Source: an uncultured Pseudomonadota bacterium
GTDB lineage: Bacteria; Babelota; Babeliae; Babelales; JAUPTZ01
DNA: 56,565 bases
Reading direction: 5' to 3'
NCBI GenBank assembly: GCA_964429275.1
Contig: CAYSBJ010000001.1
Location: 513,776-570,340, forward strand
The translations under genes and the position numbers were made by a program. The notes under the pieces were generated by a model. The model made no database searches. It was not told the origin of the DNA and saw nothing but the letters and a program-made list of their open reading frames with translations. Of this stretch, positions 11,128 through 20,418 are shown piece after piece; position 1 is the first letter of the stretch, and each line of letters starts with the position of its first letter.

Positions 11128-11153
11128 GCAAATAAAAGGACTAAAGAATAATC

Positions 11154-11849
11154 ATGACGCATCAGGGACTAAGACGAGAAGTTATTGCTTTTTTCGGCCC
11201 ACCAGGTTCTGGGAAGGGTACGGTTGCACAGATATGGCAGGAAAGGGGAGGTGTGCTTGCACTCTCAACCGGTTCGCTCTGTCGTCAACATATCCAAGAA
11301 CAAACGGTGTATGGGAAGGAGTTTAAGCAGCTTCTTGATAGTGGACAATTAGTTCCTGATGCGCTTATGGGCGCCATGGTTCGTGATTGGCTTCTCGCAC
11401 ACAATAACCATACGGGAGTAATTATTCTTGATGGCTATCCGCGTACAGCTGAACAAGTGAACGATTGGCACACGATGATGCTGCAAGATATGACAGGGTT
11501 TTTCCATAGGGTAGTGTTTTTTGATATTTCAGCAGAGGTTTTGATTGGTCGGCTTGGTAAGCGGTTGACCTGTAGCAACTCGCGTTGTCAGAAGGTATAC
11601 TCTCTGAGCGAATCTCTGAGTACGTGTCTCGATTGTGGAGCACTTTTAGTGCGGCGTCGCGATGATGAACCGGAAGTCATAGAGCAACGGTTGAAAGCCT
11701 ACGCAAAGCATAAGCAAGCGCTGTTGATAGCGTGCGAGGCTCAGGGAATTGAAGTAAAAATTTTTAATGTAGATCAAGTGCCGTACAAAGAAATGTTTGA
11801 GCAGTTTTTGGTGGCCTTGAATGAGAACTACAGTGCTGTCGAATGGTAA
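11154..11849 (+). CDS. adk: Adenylate kinase with Zn-type LID
   Basis: GPPGSGKGT, GQLVPD, LDGYPRT, CSNSRC...CLDC, RRDD. Confidence 0.95.
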   Translation: MTHQGLRREVIAFFGPPGSGKGTVAQIWQERGGVLALSTGSLCRQHIQEQTVYGKEFKQLLDSGQLVPDALMGAMVRDWLLAHNNHTGVIILDGYPRTAEQVNDWHTMMLQDMTGFFHRVVFFDISAEVLIGRLGKRLTCSNSRCQKVYSLSESLSTCLDCGALLVRRRDDEPEVIEQRLKAYAKHKQALLIACEAQGIEVKIFNVDQVPYKEMFEQFLVALNENYSAVEW

Positions 11850-12604
11850 CGATCAAAAATAAGGCAGCGCTCATGAAAATGCGCGAAGCCGGACACAAGC
11901 TAGCGTTAGTTATGCAGGAAGTACTCCCCTCTATTGTAGATGGGGTAACGACTGCGGCACTTGATGCTGAAATTGAAGCACGGATGCGGGCACATGGTTT
12001 GCAGCCAGCCTGCAAAGGATTTAAAGGATATCGCCATGCGAGTTGCATATCGGTTAACGATATTGTGGTCCACGGTGTGCCGTCGCAAGAAATTCGGGTA
12101 AAAGCCGGTGATTGCGTGACGGTTGATATAGTCGGCATTAGTAAGGGATACCATGCTGACATGGCGCGAACGATCATTGTTCCTGGTTTGAAAGAGCCGG
12201 CGGCAGAGGTGGTTCGGTTGATAGAGGTAGCTGAGCAGTCACTTAAACGAGCACTCGAAGTTGCCCGGCCGGGAATTCGGCTTGGGGTTGTTTCTCGTGC
12301 TATCCAACAAGTGGTAGAAACTGCCGGTTTTGGGGTGATTCGGGATTTTGTCGGTCATGGTATTGGTCGGCAAATGCACGAAGATCCACAAGTTCCAAAC
12401 TATGATACGGGGGATGAAGGACCAATTTTGCGGCCCGGCATGACGTTGGCTATAGAGCCAATGATTACTGTCGGATCGCCAGAAATCGTGATTCTTCCTG
12501 ATGGATGGAGCGTGCAGACGAGGGATCGCAGTTGGGCGGCTCATGTTGAAAACACCATCGCAATAACAGAAAACGGGGTTGAAGTTTTGACCCAAGTACG
12601 GTAG
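11843..12604 (+). CDS. map: Methionine aminopeptidase type I
   Basis: CISVNDIVVHGVP, GHGIGRQMHEDP, AIEPM, AAHVENT. Confidence 0.98.
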   Translation: MVTIKNKAALMKMREAGHKLALVMQEVLPSIVDGVTTAALDAEIEARMRAHGLQPACKGFKGYRHASCISVNDIVVHGVPSQEIRVKAGDCVTVDIVGISKGYHADMARTIIVPGLKEPAAEVVRLIEVAEQSLKRALEVARPGIRLGVVSRAIQQVVETAGFGVIRDFVGHGIGRQMHEDPQVPNYDTGDEGPILRPGMTLAIEPMITVGSPEIVILPDGWSVQTRDRSWAAHVENTIAITENGVEVLTQVR

Positions 12605-12651
12605 TACAGAAGTAACAATAGTTAGTATCCAAATATACGAGAGAACACTCT

Positions 12652-12915
12652 ATGAGCAAGAAGCAAGAAGTTATCGTCATTAACGGAACGGTTGAGAAAG
12701 CGTTGCCAAATGCAACATTTCAAGTAATTATTGACGGGGACCACTTGGTTTTAGCTCATGTTTCAGGTAAAATGAGGATGCATTATATCAAATTGTTGCC
12801 TGGCGACCGTGTTGCGGTCGAAATGTCACCTTATGATCTGACCAAGGGTCGCATCGTATCTCGGTACGATGCAGTTCGTACTGAACGGCCCGCTGTACCG
12901 CGTGATCGCTCATAA
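12652..12915 (+). CDS. infA: Translation initiation factor IF-1
   Basis: [32 protein letters not shown]. Confidence 0.99.
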   Translation: MSKKQEVIVINGTVEKALPNATFQVIIDGDHLVLAHVSGKMRMHYIKLLPGDRVAVEMSPYDLTKGRIVSRYDAVRTERPAVPRDRS

Positions 12916-12996
12916 AAACGCGAACGCCGGTTCGGGGGTTTGAAGGCTGAACAGTATGCAACAAATGGTGATTTAAGAAATTGGAGTACAAGTAAT

Positions 12997-13113
12997 ATGA
13001 AAGTAAAAACTTCGGTTAAAGTAATGTGTGGTGATTGCAAGATCATCCGTCGATGCCGCGTCGTTCGCGTCATTTGTCAAAAAAACCCGCGTCATAAGCA
13101 ACGTCAAGGTTAA
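12997..13113 (+). CDS. rpmJ: 50S ribosomal protein L36 (not in the ORF track)
   Basis: Translated by hand: [45 protein letters not shown] upstream. Confidence 0.98.
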   Translation: MKVKTSVKVMCGDCKIIRRCRVVRVICQKNPRHKQRQG

Positions 13114-13155
13114 TGAAGCTGAAAAAACGATAGTTCGGTATAAGGAATAGCATAA

Positions 13156-13545
13156 ATGGCACGTATAGAAGGTGTATTTCTTCCTAAAGAAAAACGGGTT
13201 GAAATCGGGTTAACATATATTTTCGGCATCGGTCTTCCAACATCACGTAAAATTCTTGCCGACGCAAAAGTTGACATGGATACTCGGGTTAAAGATTTGA
13301 GCTCAGCTCAAGTTGCTGCAATCCAACAAGAAATCAACGCTGGTTATAAAGTTGAAGGTGACTTGCGTAAAGAAGTTACTCTTGATATTAAGCGTCTCCA
13401 AGAAATTGGATCTTATCGTGGCTCACGCCATAAGCGCTCTTTGCCGGCTCGTGGACAACGTACAAAGACGAATGCTCGTACTCGTAAGGGTCCGCGTAAG
13501 TCAAGTAACATCGTGGCGAACAAGAAGATTGCTACTAAGAAGTAA
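13156..13545 (+). CDS. rpsM: 30S ribosomal protein S13
   Basis: [27 protein letters not shown]. Confidence 0.99.
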   Translation: MARIEGVFLPKEKRVEIGLTYIFGIGLPTSRKILADAKVDMDTRVKDLSSAQVAAIQQEINAGYKVEGDLRKEVTLDIKRLQEIGSYRGSRHKRSLPARGQRTKTNARTRKGPRKSSNIVANKKIATKK

Positions 13546-13567
13546 GCGTTGAATCAAGGGATTTGCA

Positions 13568-13954
13568 ATGGCCTATAAAAAGAAAACAAAAAAGAATGCG
13601 AAGCGTAACGTTGAAGCGGTAATTGCTCACGTTAAGGCAAGCTTCAACAATACAATGGTAAGTGTCACAACCACTGGGGGTGATGTATTAGTGCGTGGTA
13701 GCTCCGGCCAACTTGGCTTTAAAGGTGCTCGTAAGGGTACACCGTTTGCGGCAACTCAAATTGCGAATAAGCTCGCAAAAGAATTGTCCATCATGGGGGC
13801 ACGTTCTATGGAAATCAACTTACAAGGGCCTGGTTCTGGACGTGATTCAGTAGTGCGAGCGTTTCAAGCCGCTGGATTGACCGTAACCGCACTGCGCGAT
13901 GTGACGCCGCTTCCTCACAATGGAGTGCGTGCGCCAAAGAAGCGTCGTGTGTAG
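13568..13954 (+). CDS. rpsK: 30S ribosomal protein S11
   Basis: ASFNNT, GFKGARKGTPFAA, DVTPLPHNG. Confidence 0.99.
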   Translation: MAYKKKTKKNAKRNVEAVIAHVKASFNNTMVSVTTTGGDVLVRGSSGQLGFKGARKGTPFAATQIANKLAKELSIMGARSMEINLQGPGSGRDSVVRAFQAAGLTVTALRDVTPLPHNGVRAPKKRRV

Positions 13955-13987
13955 CAATAGGGACAGAGCTAGAAAGGGCAAGTGACT

Positions 13988-14608
13988 ATGTCAAAGTATT
14001 TTAAACGTGATAAATTCTATGCCGATGCATTTGGTTTCCAAATGAAAGGCGATAAAGACGGTGTAGCAACCGCCAAAAGCAGCGCGAAAAAAGGCGCCGC
14101 TAATGCGAATAAAAAAGTATCTGAGTATTGTAAGCAGTTAAAAGAAAAGCAAAAATTGCGATTCTTGTACGGCGTTTCAGAAAAACAATTTCGTACCTTG
14201 TTTGAGAAGATTTCTCGTCAAAAAGGTATTACCGGTGAAAACTTCTTGATGGCGCTTGAGCGTCGTCTTGATAACGTTGTGTATCGATTGAAGCTTGCAT
14301 CAACTCGTAAGCAGTCCCGCCAGTTGGTGGTTCATGGTCACGTTTTGATTAATGGCTTGCGCGTTAAGTCGCCGTCGGTGCTCGTTGAAATTGGTGACGT
14401 TGTTGCCTTGGCACCACGTTCTCAAGAGAAAGAAGCATTTGTCAAAGTCGTTGTAGAAAAACGATTCAACCGTAGCATTAAGGTTCCTGAATGGCTCTTG
14501 CTAAACAAGGAAACTAAGGCTGGTGAAGTTGTTCGTTATCCAGTGCGTTCCGATATTACCACACCGTTTGAAGAGCACTTGGTTGTTGAGCTTTACTCAC
14601 GGAACTAA
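13988..14608 (+). CDS. rpsD: 30S ribosomal protein S4
   Basis: QLKEKQKLR, LERRLDNVVYR, RQLVVHGH, VVELYS; alternative GTG start at 13982. Confidence 0.97.
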   Translation: MSKYFKRDKFYADAFGFQMKGDKDGVATAKSSAKKGAANANKKVSEYCKQLKEKQKLRFLYGVSEKQFRTLFEKISRQKGITGENFLMALERRLDNVVYRLKLASTRKQSRQLVVHGHVLINGLRVKSPSVLVEIGDVVALAPRSQEKEAFVKVVVEKRFNRSIKVPEWLLLNKETKAGEVVRYPVRSDITTPFEEHLVVELYSRN

Positions 14609-14676
14609 GTAGTGAACTAAAGACGAAAACACATACAGTGATACATAACGCGTTGGAATTGAATTAGGAGCGGTGC

Positions 14677-15735
14677 ATGCAAGGTAAAATGTACAAAGGT
14701 CTCATTCTTCCAAAGCTTTCATGGCAAGGCAAAACGTCTAAAACGTTTGGCGAACTTGTAGTGGAGCCTTTGGAGTCTGGGTATGGAGTAACGTTGGGTA
14801 ATGCCCTTCGTCGTATTATGTTGGCATCTATTGAGGGTGCGGCGGTTACATCAGTGGTTATTGAAGGGGTTAATAACGAATTTGCGGTTATCCCTGGCGT
14901 AGTTGAAGATGTATTGCAAGTGATACTCAACATTAAAGGTTTGGTCGTTCACAACACGACTGGTGAATCAGGCAAAATGCGCTTGGTTAAACGAGGTCGT
15001 GGTCCGGTCTATGCATCAGATATTTCTTGTGATGCGCACATGAGCATTGTGAATCCAGACCATTTAATTGCAAACTTGGCGGAAGACGGCAAGCTTGATA
15101 TTGATTTTTTTGTTGAAATGGGTCGTGGGTATGCTCCTGCGCAGTGGCCTTATGCGAAATCATTGCAGCAAGATGGTAGAATCTATGTTGATGCATTGTT
15201 CTCGCCAGTACAACGAGTTGAATTCCGTGTGGAAAAGACTCGTGTCGGCGAGGCTATCGACTACGATAAATTGTATTTAGCTGTTACCACTAACGGGGCG
15301 GTGAAGCCACCAGATGTCGTGCATTATGCGGCATCAGTACTTCGTACGCAACTTGAGCATTTCTTGAGTGCAACCGAAATCCCATTCAATGAAATTTCAG
15401 TGGGTATTCAACCACAAGCAGCGGCATCGCCGGCTGCTGAAACTCACCGTAATCCAACCAAAGGGTTGCCTGTTGAGCTGTTTTTACGCCCAATCGATGA
15501 ACTTGAGTTCTCGGTACGTGCGCATAACTGCTTGATCGGTGCTGGTGTTAAGCGTGTGATCGATTTGGTTAATTTGACTGATGATGACATTCTTAAGATC
15601 AAGAACTTTGGTCGCAAGTCACTTCGTGAAGTGAAAGAGATCTTACAAGCATTTAATCTGAGCCTTGGCATGAACGTCAAAGAGCTTGATTTGAAGCGTT
15701 TAATTAAAGAACAAGAAGATGAGGCCGGGCTATGA
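14677..15735 (+). CDS. rpoA: RNA polymerase alpha subunit
   Basis: EPLESGYGVTLGNALRR, DALFSPV, SVRAHNCL, KNFGRKSL. Confidence 0.99.
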   Translation: MQGKMYKGLILPKLSWQGKTSKTFGELVVEPLESGYGVTLGNALRRIMLASIEGAAVTSVVIEGVNNEFAVIPGVVEDVLQVILNIKGLVVHNTTGESGKMRLVKRGRGPVYASDISCDAHMSIVNPDHLIANLAEDGKLDIDFFVEMGRGYAPAQWPYAKSLQQDGRIYVDALFSPVQRVEFRVEKTRVGEAIDYDKLYLAVTTNGAVKPPDVVHYAASVLRTQLEHFLSATEIPFNEISVGIQPQAAASPAAETHRNPTKGLPVELFLRPIDELEFSVRAHNCLIGAGVKRVIDLVNLTDDDILKIKNFGRKSLREVKEILQAFNLSLGMNVKELDLKRLIKEQEDEAGL

Positions 15736-16088
15736 GACACCAGAAGGGTAATCACCCAATGAATATGTGCATCGGATTCCGCATGTCATATTTAAGAAAC
15801 CAAACAATTAACCTGATTATGAATGGTCATTTGTCTACAACAAAGACCCGCGCAAAACAAATTCAACGTTTTGCGGAAAAGATTGTAACTGTTGCCCGTA
15901 CCGGAGCAGACTTTAACACGATTCGTCGTGTTAACGAGTTGCTTCCGTACTCAAAAGATGCGTGTAAGAAGCTTATTGCTGAAATTGCACCGCGTTATAC
16001 GCAACGACCTGGCGGCTACACTCGCGTAATCCCATTGGGACGACGCCCGAGTGATACAGCGCCGATCGCTCGTATTGAGTGGGTTTAA
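15732..16088 (+). CDS. rplQ: 50S ribosomal protein L17
   Basis: MRHQK, TTKTRAK, RPGGYTR; last gene of the alpha operon. Confidence 0.97.
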   Translation: MRHQKGNHPMNMCIGFRMSYLRNQTINLIMNGHLSTTKTRAKQIQRFAEKIVTVARTGADFNTIRRVNELLPYSKDACKKLIAEIAPRYTQRPGGYTRVIPLGRRPSDTAPIARIEWV

Positions 16089-16101
16089 AACGTAGTAATG
16101 A

Positions 16102-16138
16102 GAAAAGGAGCCGGTCGTAAAAGCCGGCTCTTTTTTTT
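16102..16138 (+). terminator. Intrinsic terminator of the ribosomal superoperon
   Basis: GAGCCGG/CCGGCTC stem followed by T8, just after the rplQ stop. Confidence 0.9.
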
Positions 16139-16201
16139 AGGGATGAAAATATGAAAAACGTACACATTGCTTTCTCTTTCAGTACATTCGAGGAGGCCTA
16201 A

Positions 16202-16468
16202 ATGCTGACGCCAGAGACAATTTCTGCGCAAATTCAAGAGGTATTAGAGCAGCTGCAGCCGTACTTTTTAATGCATGGCGGTCACATAACCTTTCAGCGG
16301 TTTGATCCGGCTGATGGGACGGTTTACGTAAAGCTAACCGGCTCCTGCGACGGGTGCCCCTCTTCAGGATATACCTTATCGTTACTGGTGGAGGCTGAGT
16401 TGAAAAAAGAAGTGCCGCAAGTGCTGCGGGTCGTCGCTGAAGGTCTGCGAGAAGAAGAGATTGACTAA
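16202..16468 (+). CDS. NifU/NfuA C-terminal-domain Fe-S carrier protein
   Basis: PYFLMHGG, LTGSCDGCPSS (CxxC), 88 aa; GAGGAGG RBS. Confidence 0.9.
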   Translation: MLTPETISAQIQEVLEQLQPYFLMHGGHITFQRFDPADGTVYVKLTGSCDGCPSSGYTLSLLVEAELKKEVPQVLRVVAEGLREEEID

Positions 16469-18972
16469 GGGTATTGGCATATTTTAACTGCTATAGCATC
16501 TGGATCAATGACGAAACCTGTCATAAAGTCAGGGAATATGAACTGCTCATAGGTATTGTTCGCGATGATGCGGTCATAGTGGTTTGGCCATTGAATGAGC
16601 ATGATAGGTGGGTGGCCCTTATACTTGTCGCCCCTTTGTTCACTAAGAGAGAAGCAGAGACCATTATCTGTGTAGCCACACTGGTGGAAAGTGAAAATAC
16701 GTCGCTTTATGAGATTTGCTAGACGTGGTGTATCGCTGTTATTAAGCCATATGTCATGAGGAGTTGTCGTTTCGCGGGTGCAAGCCAGGGTTGCGCGCAT
16801 TTGTGCGTAATCTCCCTGGAAGAAACCGGTGATAGCGTGCCATCCGCAATAGCCATCACTTTGGCATAAAACGATGTTTTTCCTTGGACACACTATAATG
16901 CAGCCGCCATTCTGATACCGTTCTTCCCCGTTTTCTGCGGCTTCTTCGATGCTACAAAGTCTTGGGTCGTGCGGCTCGATATACTGCTGGGCAAACATTG
17001 AAAGCTTGGCGTCACCAAAGGCTGCACCAAATTGCTTCTTTTCGTTATCGAGCGTTGTGTTAGGGCTTACCCACACGCGTAAGTAGCTTTCGTCCGCTTC
17101 CCTATTACAGATTTTTCCGCCATCAGTAATGCCTTGGCACCAGCGTTCATTCCTCTTATTATGATGCTGACATTCCGTGCAAGTCCAATATTCTTTTGAC
17201 TCCGGGTTGCCCCTTGGATCGAAATTAACCCATGTATTGCAGGCATGTCCATAGGCGTTCTTGGTAGGGCAACGTTTAGACCCCTGCATTCCATCAGAAT
17301 CATTTCCTAACGTTATTGTATGACAAGTGGGGCATTGCCAGTGCTTAGGATGCTTGCATGGGCACATAATTTGAAAGGGACTGTTTGCATGAGGACAGTT
17401 CGTTTCACATCGCCAAGCTAAGCATTTTTCATTACTACATTTCAGCTCAGATTTATCCTCATTTTGCGTGCCGCACATGCCGCAATGCCACTTGCTTCCT
17501 GATAAAGTTGTTTGCCGGGGCTCGAGTGCGTACTGTTTTATTATCTTATACCGTGCTTGAAAGTTTTCATCGAGATATTTTTCGTCGGGGATTGGCGGCC
17601 GGCACTGCCCACAAAAGCACGAAGGATTGGGAGTGCGGTCTTTTTCTGATAGCGATGTATAAGGAGTAACTCCTTTTTGATTCATAATAGTTAAGGCTTC
17701 ATCGGCTAGCGTCAGCGGATATGCAGAAGTGAGGTTCAGTGGGTTGCCGCACGTAGTACAGCAGGTTTCTTTTGTTGGTCCCTGCACTTCAACGGAACAG
17801 ATGTGGCAGCGAATGCGGCAGCATTCTATACACTCTTCTTTTGATTTATCAATCGACTCATTTGCTGCACATTGCGGTGATCTACAGTGCCACCATTTGC
17901 ATTGTCTGCACTCTACGCTTCTTTCGAAGTTTCCTCTTTTTCCGCAATGCGTGCATGTCCACGGATGGCCCTGAAACGGGTGAGTAATGACTGCTTCTTC
18001 ACTCTCATCATCTCGGGGTTTGTTTGCGGCCTCTGGACTTGACTGGTCTGCCTCTGGCCTTGACTGGTCCGCCTCTGGCATGAGCGCCGCTTCTGACTCT
18101 TTTGCGCTCTCTATGGGTGGTGATTGAGGATCGGGTTGAGGCTCTACGTTGCTTGGGAGTGGTGGTGTTGTTGGTCTGAATTCAGATTTTTTATCAATCA
18201 ATGGGACGCTGGGTGAGCGGTCTATTATAGGGTCTTTGTTTGGTATCGCTTTTTCTATGCGACGATCGGATTGCGAGGTCGTCGGGGCTTCTGCAGTTGG
18301 AGTAGCCATTGGCTCGAGTGACAATGAATCGCCTGTTCCAGGCTTTTCCTGGGAAATGAGTAACGGGGTAGAAGGTCTGTATTCATCAACTTTTACTAAG
18401 AGCGGCACGCTCGGGGGACTGACCGGTCGTTCATGTGCTATTATTGAAGCAGTAGTTAGTGGTTGCGTTGGCTCTGCTGGTTCATTCAAAGACGAGGCTG
18501 TTGATGTTGGTAATACTGCTTCCGGTTCTGAGGATGGAGCTATTTCTCCGTATTCTTTGATAGGTATTGCTCGTGGCTCTGTTAATTCTGTGCCCTGATC
18601 AGAGAGTTTGGCTGTTTCGGGAATTTCTTCAATGGGTAAGGGTTGTTGGTTTGTTGTTGTATGAGCTGCTGGCTTTTTGGCGTCAGGCTTGTGAGTTGCT
18701 CTCGGTTGTGGCTTGTTTATTACTACGGAGGTGGGCTTGCTTGGTTCCACTGGGGTAGCAACAGATTGCTGTGACGCTTGCTTTTCTCGCAATAAGAGCC
18801 AAAGTGCAAGTGTTGTAAGAGATCCCCCGGTCAAGAACATCCGCGGGTTCTTTTTTATGAGGCGTACGATTTTTTCTCGCAGGGATGGTTGGGGTGTAAT
18901 TTCAGCTATGTGAGCCTTCGTGAACGTTGTCAGCAAAGAAACACAGACGGTGAGAATTACTTTCTTATACAT
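16465..18972 (-). CDS. Secreted effector-like protein: signal peptide, hydrophobic helix, Pro/Ser/Glu-rich linker, multiple RanBP2/NZF-like Zn fingers, C-terminal OTU-like protease domain
   Basis: MYKKVILTVCVSLLTTFTKA signal; repeated W-x-C-x2-C...C units; SDGYCGWHAI ... W ... PIMLIQWPNHYD. Confidence 0.75.
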   Translation of the reverse strand: MYKKVILTVCVSLLTTFTKAHIAEITPQPSLREKIVRLIKKNPRMFLTGGSLTTLALWLLLREKQASQQSVATPVEPSKPTSVVINKPQPRATHKPDAKKPAAHTTTNQQPLPIEEIPETAKLSDQGTELTEPRAIPIKEYGEIAPSSEPEAVLPTSTASSLNEPAEPTQPLTTASIIAHERPVSPPSVPLLVKVDEYRPSTPLLISQEKPGTGDSLSLEPMATPTAEAPTTSQSDRRIEKAIPNKDPIIDRSPSVPLIDKKSEFRPTTPPLPSNVEPQPDPQSPPIESAKESEAALMPEADQSRPEADQSSPEAANKPRDDESEEAVITHPFQGHPWTCTHCGKRGNFERSVECRQCKWWHCRSPQCAANESIDKSKEECIECCRIRCHICSVEVQGPTKETCCTTCGNPLNLTSAYPLTLADEALTIMNQKGVTPYTSLSEKDRTPNPSCFCGQCRPPIPDEKYLDENFQARYKIIKQYALEPRQTTLSGSKWHCGMCGTQNEDKSELKCSNEKCLAWRCETNCPHANSPFQIMCPCKHPKHWQCPTCHTITLGNDSDGMQGSKRCPTKNAYGHACNTWVNFDPRGNPESKEYWTCTECQHHNKRNERWCQGITDGGKICNREADESYLRVWVSPNTTLDNEKKQFGAAFGDAKLSMFAQQYIEPHDPRLCSIEEAAENGEERYQNGGCIIVCPRKNIVLCQSDGYCGWHAITGFFQGDYAQMRATLACTRETTTPHDIWLNNSDTPRLANLIKRRIFTFHQCGYTDNGLCFSLSEQRGDKYKGHPPIMLIQWPNHYDRIIANNTYEQFIFPDFMTGFVIDPDAIAVKICQYP
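18029..18079. repeat. 21-bp in-frame tandem repeat (about 2.4 copies) encoding PEADQSR/PEADQSS
   Basis: gcctctggacttgactggtct / gcctctggccttgactggtcc / gcctctggc. Confidence 0.9.
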
Positions 18973-19501
18973 TTTTTGCGTCCTTGTGTGTCTCTTGTAA
19001 GGTGTCAATAATCATCTCAAGGTAGTGTTGTGCTTCTTCTGCTTTTTCGGCCAATGCTTGGGCGTCAGCGAACTTTACGACCTGAGCATAGGAGAGCAGT
19101 TCTTTAATAGCTGGGTAAAGCTTGGCTGGAATCTCGCTGCGGCTAGAGATAAAGTCCCACAACTCATCATCAGTTTTATCTAGTACTTTCCAGCCGTGGA
19201 GTCGAACTAGGTATTGCTTAAAAAAGAAGGTTGCAGCGCCAAAAAATCGTTTATAGTTGATTGGGTGGCGACTTAATAAAACGCCGAGCGCTTTGAGCTC
19301 TTGAGTGCTCCATTGTTCAAGTGTGAGCGGTGGTCGATACCAGTAGCGATACCAAACTAAAAAGCCAATAACAAGTGCAAGCAGGACTGTGCCGGCACTA
19401 ATTGCCATCATTCCTTGTGTGGTTTGCCACCATGCGGGAAGCTGATAGGTATAGAGTGGGGTAAATGCATCGACTAATGAAGTAGGAGATGATTGGTTCA
19501 T
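18965..19501 (-). CDS. Single-pass membrane protein of the kind found after DUF58 in MoxR/Bat operons (DUF4381-like)
   Basis: PAWW then one TM helix; KTDDEL and AQVVKFA motifs; 4-bp overlap with the DUF58 gene. Confidence 0.6.
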   Translation of the reverse strand: MNQSSPTSLVDAFTPLYTYQLPAWWQTTQGMMAISAGTVLLALVIGFLVWYRYWYRPPLTLEQWSTQELKALGVLLSRHPINYKRFFGAATFFFKQYLVRLHGWKVLDKTDDELWDFISSRSEIPAKLYPAIKELLSYAQVVKFADAQALAEKAEEAQHYLEMIIDTLQETHKDAKNV

Positions 19502-20388
19502 GAACGAGCCCTTGTATGAAAAAAGTTTGCCAGTGCATCAACGAGCGAGCACCCAACCTCAACATCAAGCACTGAGAATTTATGCTTCCTGAGTAATTGT
19601 TTTTGGTCATGTAATCGTTTGCCGAGGAGTAGGTTTAGCTCCTTGCCGGCGCTGCCGCTTGTGTTCAGAAGGACAACATCTCCGGTTTCTGGGTCGAGTG
19701 CCGGGATAATGCCAACCGTAGGAAGTGATCGCTCACGTGGGTCGATAATGCGCACGGCTACGGCCTCATTTTTTGAACCAAGATATGAGAGGAGGGCGGT
19801 GGTACCCTCCAGCTCAGTAATCCAGTCAGATACTACAAAAACAATTGCATTACGCAATCGCAATGAGGCGATGTGCTTAAGTGCGGCTTCAAAATTGCCA
19901 GGCCCTTTGGATTGTGAGTTCGCAGAGAGTAATTCATAAACGAGTTGTGCACTGTAGGTCGCCCCTTTTTGCGGAGGCAGATACTTAAGTACCTTGTCGG
20001 CAAACACCAGAATGCCAATCTTATCATTGGTGTTCTGCGCCATCATGGCCAAGCAGGCTGCCACATTGCGGGCGTAGGTTTCCTTGAGCGCTTCTTGTGA
20101 GCCGGTAGTGAGTGAAGCAGAGACATCAAGCATCACCATGACGGTGCGCTCTCGCTCTTGCACAAACTCCTTTACCATCAAGCGGTTCATTTTTGCCGAG
20201 CTTTTCCAGTCAATACTGCGAATTTCATCTCCGAGCTCATAGTTGCGGATATGGGCAAATTCAAGCCCGCTGCCGCGGAAAGCAGAGGAAAAATCGCCGG
20301 ACATATCGGCGCTGGTTAAGCGTTTAACAACAATTTTGAGGTGCGCAACTAAGGCGCGAAGTTCACGGTCTTTCATAGAGGAGAACAT
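19498..20388 (-). CDS. DUF58 (vWA-like) protein
   Basis: FRGSGLEFAHIRNYELGDEIRSIDWKSSAK, VKEFVQERE, LDVSAS, VVSDW, DPRE. Confidence 0.93.
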   Translation of the reverse strand: MFSSMKDRELRALVAHLKIVVKRLTSADMSGDFSSAFRGSGLEFAHIRNYELGDEIRSIDWKSSAKMNRLMVKEFVQERERTVMVMLDVSASLTTGSQEALKETYARNVAACLAMMAQNTNDKIGILVFADKVLKYLPPQKGATYSAQLVYELLSANSQSKGPGNFEAALKHIASLRLRNAIVFVVSDWITELEGTTALLSYLGSKNEAVAVRIIDPRERSLPTVGIIPALDPETGDVVLLNTSGSAGKELNLLLGKRLHDQKQLLRKHKFSVLDVEVGCSLVDALANFFHTRARS

Positions 20389-20418
20389 ACTGCAGAAATG
20401 GGTTGCGGATCAAGATTT

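Noticed and set aside
12913..12999. infA-rpmJ readthrough fusion (81-nt spacer is open and in frame)
   Set aside because: Plausible by chance for 27 codons; TAA is a strong stop and rpmJ has its own GGAG RBS
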